DNA of 64,000 bases from Gammaproteobacteria bacterium (GTDB lineage Bacteria; Pseudomonadota; Gammaproteobacteria; JAABTG01). Positions 57,351 to 64,000 of this stretch are shown piece after piece. The position numbers were made by a program, and so were the translations under genes. Under the pieces are notes generated by a model that did not search any database, was not told where the DNA came from, and saw nothing but the letters and a program-made list of their open reading frames with translations. The stretch covers positions 2,497,549-2,561,548 of the forward strand of contig JAXHLS010000002.1 in the NCBI GenBank assembly GCA_034522055.1, in the 5' to 3' direction. Position 1 is the stretch's first letter. Each line of letters starts with the position of its first letter.

Positions 57351-59060
57351 TCACCGGGTCGTGAAATTGGGATTGTCGTCGAGGTCGCCGAGCAGGTAGC
57401 GGCCAAGCAACCGGCCCTGGAGTTCCAGCAGCCGCCGGTAACTGAGCCGGTAGCCGAAGATCGGATGGGTGATCTCCTGGCTTAGGCGACGCTCGTACGC
57501 GGTGATGAAACGCTTGCGGCCATCCGGGGTGAGGTTCACGGCGCCTGCGGCGGTGACGAAATCCGATGGCCGCACCTCGCCATTATTGATGGCCTGGATG
57601 ACGCTGGAGTCGGCGAGCAGGGGTCTGAAGGGTTCCATCATGTCCAGGGCGAGGGCAGGGCGGCCATATCTGGGCTGATGATAGAAGCCGCGAAAGGGGT
57701 CGAAGCCCACGGCTCCGAGGGTAACCGCCCAGGTGCGGGACAGCAGCGAATAGGCATAGGACAACAGTGCATTGACGGGGTCGCGGGGCGGGCGCCGGTT
57801 GCGCTGGGTGAAGTCGAAGGCGAAGGTGGCCTCCGGGGTCTCGGCCTTCAAAAGGTTTCGGAAAGCACCGAAGTACTTTGCCGCGGCGCTGCCCTCGATG
57901 CCGAGCAGCTCCTCAAGATTGCGGCAGCGCAGGGCCTCTTCCGAAAGGTGCTTGAGGTCTCTGAGCAGCCGTTCCGGCTTCTCGTCGAGGCGCCAGTTGC
58001 GGCGCAGCAGGGTGCGGCTGTTCTGGATCTTAGCCCGTACCCAGCCCTTCGCCAGATGCAGGCAGACTTTCTCGTCGAAGCTCTCCCGATACTGAGCGGT
58101 GCGCAACTCCACGTTTTTGTGACCGTTGCCGATGGAGTGGCCGAGGAACCAGCCGCCATAGCTGTGCCAGGTGACGGGGATATCCCTGCGCATGAGCTCG
58201 TGGAGGGTGGGCGTCGTGAGATAGACGTTGCCCATGAGGACCACCTGGGAGATGTCGATCAATCGCACATGAGCCGCCGGTTTGTCATCGACGGAGACTT
58301 CCAGGGTCTCACCCTTCTTGCGCACCGCCGCCTTGTTGGCCTGGACATACAGTGGCAGGGCCTCGTCCCGCCCCACGGCAAGGGGGCGAGGGGGTGTTTC
58401 GGTTCGCCGCAGATAGTTGACCTCGTCCGGCAGGCAGATCCCCACCAGCGAGCAACGCGGACACTTGGGGCTGTCTTCCAAGGGCACCGGCATGCGCCCT
58501 CCGACAGCCACCAGACGCAATCCGTTGACGGCCGAGCGGGTACGATTGCGCAACTCCTCGTCGAATTCGACGGTTACCCGTTCCTTCGACTCGACGAAGT
58601 AGAGGATGCCATGGTCGCAATGGTAACCATGCTCCTCGAGAATGAGGCCCTGCACGCAAAGCTGCACCCGCTCGGGTTCGTAGGCACCCTTGGCGACGTG
58701 GGGGCGCTTGCCCCGCTTGTAGTCCACGGGTACCACTTCTTCCCCCTCGCCCTCCACCAGGTCCAGCTTGGCGATGAGCCCGATCTTGCGGGAGGACAGG
58801 GTAATGGACTTGGCATGGAAGGTCTCGTATTCCTCGGCCTCCCCAGGGTCCGGCAGCTTGCCGCCAGGCTTGTCCACCCGGCGATGCCGGTATCGCCCTT
58901 CCACCGTATCGGCGGAGTCCGCCCATTCCCCCTGGACCCATTCCAGATAGGCCAGGCGCGGGCAGTATTCGTACTCGTTGACCATGCGCGCCGGCAGCAG
59001 CGGCAGGTCTTCGGACAACTCCGGGAAGCTGAAGGGCAGTTCAGGTTGCTGGTCGGTCAT
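57351..59060 (-). CDS. cas1: Cas4-Cas1 fusion protein
   Basis: 569 aa; N-terminal Cas4 RecB-like nuclease with 4Fe-4S cysteines (YEYCPRLAY ... CPRCSLVGIC); C-terminal Cas1 (NALLSYAYSLL ... MMEPFRPLLAD); this fusion is the hallmark of type I-U/I-G. Confidence 0.9.
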   Translation of the reverse strand: MTDQQPELPFSFPELSEDLPLLPARMVNEYEYCPRLAYLEWVQGEWADSADTVEGRYRHRRVDKPGGKLPDPGEAEEYETFHAKSITLSSRKIGLIAKLDLVEGEGEEVVPVDYKRGKRPHVAKGAYEPERVQLCVQGLILEEHGYHCDHGILYFVESKERVTVEFDEELRNRTRSAVNGLRLVAVGGRMPVPLEDSPKCPRCSLVGICLPDEVNYLRRTETPPRPLAVGRDEALPLYVQANKAAVRKKGETLEVSVDDKPAAHVRLIDISQVVLMGNVYLTTPTLHELMRRDIPVTWHSYGGWFLGHSIGNGHKNVELRTAQYRESFDEKVCLHLAKGWVRAKIQNSRTLLRRNWRLDEKPERLLRDLKHLSEEALRCRNLEELLGIEGSAAAKYFGAFRNLLKAETPEATFAFDFTQRNRRPPRDPVNALLSYAYSLLSRTWAVTLGAVGFDPFRGFYHQPRYGRPALALDMMEPFRPLLADSSVIQAINNGEVRPSDFVTAAGAVNLTPDGRKRFITAYERRLSQEITHPIFGYRLSYRRLLELQGRLLGRYLLGDLDDNPNFTTR

Positions 59061-59352
59061 GGTGGACGTATTCCGTTAGCCCGCGTTCACCCGTGCAGAG
59101 GTTACTCGGGTCATCGCCATCGCGCTAACGGCTGCTCGCGCGGCCGTGACCGGCGAAGCTCGACAATCGCCGCCGGGTATGGCCCGGATGCTCTTCGTGT
59201 CGTGGCGCTGGAAAGGACGCATGGCACGAAACAAGAAAGTGCTCTGAATGGGCGATGCGACGAGCCGTGAGGAATTTTCCCTGGGGTGTAATGCCGTTCT
59301 AATACACGACAAGAGCTGTCCAAACGGAATATCGGCTTCGCTCCTGGCGTGT

Positions 59353-60213
59353 TCATTGCGGTACAAACATTCCCAAGCCAAAGTGACAGCCGAAGCCGAG
59401 TGCGAGCGGGCCGCCTATTGGTTCTGAAAACTCGATCTGCCAGAAGCTGCCGTGTCGATCGGGTTGGCTGAGGCCACGTCGGGCGCGGATGCGGTGGAAG
59501 TGAAGCGGGTAGCGGTCACGGCCACCAATAGAGATTGACGGCAGGCGCTCGATTCGTAGGGGTTTGGGGAACCCTCGCTCCCCGCATTCTCGCCGAATCT
59601 GGTCCTCTACGGTGAAGCCGTTCTTGGCGTGCCAGGGGTGCAGATAGGGCGTAACCGAGGTCCATTCTCGGCTTGGCTCTACCAGGGAACCACCGACCCC
59701 AACTCCACCAATACCTTCCAGGATCAAGCGCCATTTACCACCGTCCCGCTGCCAGATCTTACGCAACCTCCCGATGATGAGGCGTTGGTCTCCAGAGAAC
59801 CCAGCCGGAACGTGGATCACCGCACGATTCAGGTAGCCATGGCCGCTGCTGTCATAGGGCAGATAGAATGCGTGTTGATGCCGATTGCCTTGGGGCAGAT
59901 CGTGGCCGGAAAAGATGGGAGGTGCAGAGTAGCGCCCGGCCTCGTCCTTACCGAAGGCACTCATCACAGCCCAGCGCAGCAACTCACCGATACGGAGACT
60001 GTCCTCTACGCGCGGCAGCGGCTTTCCGACCAACAAGAAGCGGGCGGTGGTGAACATAGGAAAGGCTGCCTTGTGGTTCGTCCAATCAGGCGGGGACCTG
60101 CTTGGTAGCTGCAGGCAATCGGCCCGGTGGCCACTCATGAGGAGGATACTCACACAAGGCTCGCATCCTGGAATATTGGTATGGCCGTCATCGCTTGGCT
60201 GAGTGGTATTCAT
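59353..60213 (-). CDS. CRISPR-associated RAMP protein (Cas5/Cas6-like, Csb2-like?)
   Basis: 286 aa; C-terminal glycine-rich loop LALGFGCHFGLGMFVP typical of Cas5/Cas6/Cas7 RAMPs; located between cas3 and cas4-cas1; subfamily not resolved. Confidence 0.55.
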   Translation of the reverse strand: MNTTQPSDDGHTNIPGCEPCVSILLMSGHRADCLQLPSRSPPDWTNHKAAFPMFTTARFLLVGKPLPRVEDSLRIGELLRWAVMSAFGKDEAGRYSAPPIFSGHDLPQGNRHQHAFYLPYDSSGHGYLNRAVIHVPAGFSGDQRLIIGRLRKIWQRDGGKWRLILEGIGGVGVGGSLVEPSREWTSVTPYLHPWHAKNGFTVEDQIRRECGERGFPKPLRIERLPSISIGGRDRYPLHFHRIRARRGLSQPDRHGSFWQIEFSEPIGGPLALGFGCHFGLGMFVPQ

Positions 60214-60298
60214 CTCTTATTTGTGCGTAATGGTTGGAGACGCCGCTTCTGCGATTGATTCTTATCCGATGTTTGTCAGAGCCGGTATGCTGGATTCA

Positions 60299-61237
60299 CT
60301 ATAAGACTTCGCTTGGTGCGAAATTGCCATAGCCTCCCTGATCGGAGCGGTGGATACGCGATTGCAGGACGCAGCCAATGCCACGAGCCACTCGCTCGCG
60401 CGCCCTCATATCGGGCAAGCCCGGCAGGTTCATCAGAACCTCGGCAGTGCGTATGGTGCAATCCCGCGTCCATAGGGGCCAGCGGAAGCCACCGTTTTTC
60501 CAACCGCCATAACAGCCAGTGGTTACCAGCCTTGTACCCACAGCGAAGCTGCGTAGTACGGCCAAGCCGCGAAAAGCGAGCCAATCGGCACCGGGTACGC
60601 CGAGCTTCTTGTCGGTCGAAGGATTGCTGGCACGGAGGGCGTAGTCCCGAGTCACGGTCGAGTCCCATCCGAGCACTGGCATCGGCCGGGAGTAGGTCCA
60701 CGGTCCAAACAGCGCTTCTGCAAGGTCCTCCCTGGTAACTCCCTTTCCGTCATATCCAGCGAGAGTTGCTGCCATGTGAAGAAATTCCTGTTGCCCGGCA
60801 GTGAAATGCAATGGAAAAGGCTTTGTGGCCCCGTTGTTATCGACTACACCCTCGGCCGCGAACGCTGCGGCGTACTGCGCCGCTCGTCTTCCCTTGGCTG
60901 AGTCTTCATCAAGCAGCTGCTGGAGGTAGGCACGGAAGCGGGGCGGTGGTGGTTTCAGGTCCCACGCGAGCCTTTCAGGTTTGTCCTTGTGCTTCGGATA
61001 CCGCAGGTCTAATGTTGCATCGTGGGGCCAGCAAATAGTTGCATCAGCTTCCAGGAAATCCAGAAGCTCTTCACGGTTGAGCAAACTGCACAATTGCGGT
61101 ATCCAGGTTCCGTCTTGCCGCCAAGTTAACCGCGGGGCTTCGCCAGACTGTTCACTCAAAACTCGCAGCGCGCCCATTGCAGCCAGAAACCCTAACGGGT
61201 TGGTTCCGTCCAGTCCAGGCAATACCAATGTGTTCAT
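60299..61237 (-). CDS. CRISPR-associated effector subunit (possibly Cas7/Csb1-like)
   Basis: 312 aa; start overlaps the cas3 stop (translational coupling); position and size fit the Cas7 slot of I-G loci; no motif-level confirmation possible here. Confidence 0.45.
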   Translation of the reverse strand: MNTLVLPGLDGTNPLGFLAAMGALRVLSEQSGEAPRLTWRQDGTWIPQLCSLLNREELLDFLEADATICWPHDATLDLRYPKHKDKPERLAWDLKPPPPRFRAYLQQLLDEDSAKGRRAAQYAAAFAAEGVVDNNGATKPFPLHFTAGQQEFLHMAATLAGYDGKGVTREDLAEALFGPWTYSRPMPVLGWDSTVTRDYALRASNPSTDKKLGVPGADWLAFRGLAVLRSFAVGTRLVTTGCYGGWKNGGFRWPLWTRDCTIRTAEVLMNLPGLPDMRARERVARGIGCVLQSRIHRSDQGGYGNFAPSEVL

Positions 61238-64000
61238 AGGTTTCCTCTTTCCTCCTGCTCGCTGCGTCGGTGGTCAGCGAGACGCAGGATGGCTTCAACC
61301 CAGGCCAGTCCGTGGCTTCCGTAACGCTCAGTCAGGATGAAGAAGCGGTCGCTAACCCCCGAGTCAAGGGCGGCGAGGCCATGGTCAGTCGACGCACTGA
61401 GTGCGGCCCCGTCCAATTCAATTTTGATTTGAACTGGTTCGCCAACCGACTCAGGCTCCACGGGCGCCAAGGGTCGGCAGTGGCCGTGATGTGACGCGAC
61501 CAAGTACAGCACTAGGTCCCAGTCATTTGCCTTGGCGCGCACGTGTTCGGCGTCCTGCAACAACGCGAGGGAGATCAGTTCATGCCGGGTGCCGACGGGG
61601 TAATCTGCGCGGCGTCGGGCTTCGGCCTCCTGGCGGCGATTACGACCGCTCACGGCTGATTTGGCCAGCGCCTCAGGTGCGGTCAGGGCGCGGTATTCGC
61701 TCCCACCGTGTAGCAGGCATTGGAAGCGCGAGTCGTGCTTGCCGAGGTCGTGCAACTGGCCAGCGAGGCGCAGATCCTGCACCAAGGGCTCCGGTAGGCC
61801 GCAACGACGCGCAAATCCCTCGGCTAGTCGGCCGACGCCGGCAAGATGTTTGCGTAGCGGGGCGGCCTTGCCGATGAGGGACAGCTCGTCGCCATCCAAT
61901 GCCAAGTCAGGACTGACAAGTCCCGTCACGGGGTTCGCCGATTTAATAATCCGGCGTGAGATTAACACCCAGCTGTCTCCGATTTGGTGGCCTTTGACGC
62001 GGATTAGTCGCGGACCGTCGCGTTGCGCCAATTCTTCGAGCAATATGCGAATCGCATCGGCGCGGATGTCCCGGATTCCGGTTTCCGCTACCACGTTGCC
62101 GGCGTGTTCGGCAAGGAAACGCCGGATTTGCCCCCGATCGTCGGTGTCCTGCTCCGCGTCACCCTCTATGGGAACAGGCGGTTCGCTGCCTGGCCAGAGC
62201 CGACTGTCCAGACGGAGTACAGCGCGTCCGCGTTGCTGCAAGTGAGCGGCGTCTGCGAGGTCTGTAACCGGCTCCGCTGCACCGGGATCCCAGTTGCCGG
62301 AACGGATTCCGCCGTAATCAATCGGAACGATCACGGTATCCCAGGCTTTGATTACTGTCGAACGGATTGCCTGGGCTTCTCCGTTGCGTATAACCAGTGC
62401 AGGGCGCCCATGAGGCTGCTCGGCTTTCGTCGCTTCGGGTGTGTGCCTCTCTACGTCCGCAAGAGCCGCATCGGAATCCGGATCGGTACCGAGCAGCCAC
62501 CCCTTCGCAGCCCATACGGGGACGGCTAGACTCTCCGACGTTAGAGGCGGGCAGGCGTCGAGGCGCTCTGCGAGCGCCCTGGAGATCGGTGTATCCTTTT
62601 CTCCATTGGCGTTCTCGCGTGCTGCGACTTCCAACTCTGTTTCTTCCAGATCTGCTCGCCAAACGACCCTTACTTCGGCCGACGATTCCCGGGGGCCGTG
62701 TAGCCAGAGGGCGACGTCTGGGTCGGGATAGGGGACTGGTGCAGTCTGGCTCCAAGCGTCCAAGTGCGCGGGCAACAGAATAGGGGAAGTAGTTACGGGG
62801 GTCAGAAGCCGCACCAGATCGTTGCGCTTAGGCAGCGTCAGCCCCTCGGAGCCAAAGTCGACCTGCTGAAGAGAGCAAAGGTAGTTCCAAGTCGCGGCTG
62901 CGGCTGTTCCGTAGATCGGGTCGTCCCCGTCGATATCGCTCCGTGCGAATATGGTGCCCGCGGCGTTGTCCAGGTCGCCGGCCCGGTTCAGGCGCCCGAA
63001 GCGTTGGCGCAGGGCGTCGAGGCTGGCGCACTCGGTGAGAAGAATATCGAAGTCGAAGTCGGCGCCTGCCTCAATGCATTGGGTGGAGACCAGCACCACG
63101 GCGTCCAGGGTGGCGTCGCGGCTGCGACCAGTTGTAAGTCGGGCTTGGAGCTTTTTCTCCAATTCTTGGCGATCCAACGGGCGCATGCGGCTCGTCAACA
63201 GCCAAGTGTTCGCAGCCAGACCGCGTGCCGTGAGGTCGGCGTAAATGAGTCGGGCAGCTTGCACTCGGTTTACGACCACGCCAACGGCATTGCCCGGCTG
63301 AATGGCGTCCACCGCGGCGGCAGCCATTTGCTCGGCCAGAACAGTCAGCCGGCGCGACTCGCCGCCGCTGACCTTGACCATCTTAAGGTTGGTCGGCTTT
63401 CGCGCTACGAGGCGGCGGCGAAGGACCCCATTGTTTAGGTCGGCGGCATCCAGCCTGAACGGCTTCGCACCGTCCTCGTGGTGCGTTGCGGATAGCTCTA
63501 CCAACTGGAAGCGCCTTGGTAGTCGGGAGCCTATCCGGTCGGCGTGATAGCGCTCCAGCATTCGCAGCGTATCGCAGAACGGGCGTGCCAGGTGCACCTC
63601 GTCCAGCATAAACAATATGTCGTTACCCAGCAGTCCGGCATGTACCGGACGCATTCCCTCGCTGACACCATAGCCTCGGAAGAACAAGCGTGAACCGACT
63701 TGATCGACGGTAGAAATCAACACGGTCGGTTGTGCAGGGTTGGCTGCCCAAGTGTCGTCGCGCTGGACGGCGCCACGCAACAGGGCAACGTGTAGCGGCT
63801 CGTGGGTGCCCGCGAGGCGGATCAACTGATCAGCCACGCGCCGGACGACTGAATCCGGTTTGCTGTCAGCGAGTACGTTAGCGAGCTTGATCGCCCGCGC
63901 GAAGGATTGATCCGCCACGGTGCGCCGATCCACTACGAAGGCGATTCGGCAAGGCAGGCGTTGTCGGCCGGCCGCGAGGTCCGCCGCCAGAGCGAATACG
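61234..64000 (-). CDS. cas3: Cas3 helicase with C-terminal HD nuclease domain (N-terminus beyond the window end)
   Basis: More than 920 aa in window; DExH motif LFMLDEVHL; C-terminal HD motif LHDLGKHDSRFQ ... LYLVASHHGH; a C-terminal HD is characteristic of type I-G/I-U Cas3. Confidence 0.85.
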   Translation of the reverse strand, partial: VFALAADLAAGRQRLPCRIAFVVDRRTVADQSFARAIKLANVLADSKPDSVVRRVADQLIRLAGTHEPLHVALLRGAVQRDDTWAANPAQPTVLISTVDQVGSRLFFRGYGVSEGMRPVHAGLLGNDILFMLDEVHLARPFCDTLRMLERYHADRIGSRLPRRFQLVELSATHHEDGAKPFRLDAADLNNGVLRRRLVARKPTNLKMVKVSGGESRRLTVLAEQMAAAAVDAIQPGNAVGVVVNRVQAARLIYADLTARGLAANTWLLTSRMRPLDRQELEKKLQARLTTGRSRDATLDAVVLVSTQCIEAGADFDFDILLTECASLDALRQRFGRLNRAGDLDNAAGTIFARSDIDGDDPIYGTAAAATWNYLCSLQQVDFGSEGLTLPKRNDLVRLLTPVTTSPILLPAHLDAWSQTAPVPYPDPDVALWLHGPRESSAEVRVVWRADLEETELEVAARENANGEKDTPISRALAERLDACPPLTSESLAVPVWAAKGWLLGTDPDSDAALADVERHTPEATKAEQPHGRPALVIRNGEAQAIRSTVIKAWDTVIVPIDYGGIRSGNWDPGAAEPVTDLADAAHLQQRGRAVLRLDSRLWPGSEPPVPIEGDAEQDTDDRGQIRRFLAEHAGNVVAETGIRDIRADAIRILLEELAQRDGPRLIRVKGHQIGDSWVLISRRIIKSANPVTGLVSPDLALDGDELSLIGKAAPLRKHLAGVGRLAEGFARRCGLPEPLVQDLRLAGQLHDLGKHDSRFQCLLHGGSEYRALTAPEALAKSAVSGRNRRQEAEARRRADYPVGTRHELISLALLQDAEHVRAKANDWDLVLYLVASHHGHCRPLAPVEPESVGEPVQIKIELDGAALSASTDHGLAALDSGVSDRFFILTERYGSHGLAWVEAILRLADHRRSEQEERGNL

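Noticed and set aside
57678-59270. 530-aa plus-strand ORF
   Set aside because: Antisense to cas4-cas1, whose Cas motifs are unambiguous

Overview
This is a high-GC window with proteobacterial gene content. Two glycine/tyrosine-rich putative sulfur-globule proteins suggest a sulfur-oxidising Chromatiales/Ectothiorhodospiraceae-like lineage. The first ~43 kb is mostly core genome: def and an fmt-like gene, a bifunctional aldolase/SDR, mltB, psiE, the aceE-aceF-lpdA pyruvate dehydrogenase operon, pyrC-rnt-lipA, xseA, an actP-like symporter with its DUF4212 partner, cbpA, a DegP-family protease, rmuC, an ECF sigma factor with a receiver protein, a carbamoyltransferase/SxtJ/DUF5989 cluster, a 5'-nucleotidase and alkB. 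Two dispersed repeat families are interleaved with these genes. One is a 129/202-bp MITE-like element with TTAAC termini (4 copies, bracketing the PDH operon). The other is a REP-like palindromic composite built on the unit GTAGGTCGGGCTGAAGCCCGACAGCCCG, carrying (A/G)ACGCGAAA tandems and CCCATTT/GTTTCCC heptamer runs. From ~43.4 kb the window becomes an accessory/defence island. It holds an IS110-family element inserted into a REP palindrome, endonuclease I, NDH-2, Phd/PIN and MazEF toxin-antitoxin pairs, Crp, an integrase C-terminal remnant and a Fic protein. The Fic gene is bracketed by a ~600-bp duplication of CRISPR array-end sequence. The island ends in a CRISPR array of 44 repeats of 36 bp transcribed on the minus strand, followed by cas2, a cas4-cas1 fusion, two small effector genes and a cas3 with a C-terminal HD domain (type I-G/I-U-like, running off the window end). 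The most notable point is that the effector module is only ~1.9 kb and contains no large-subunit (Cas8/Csx17)-sized gene.
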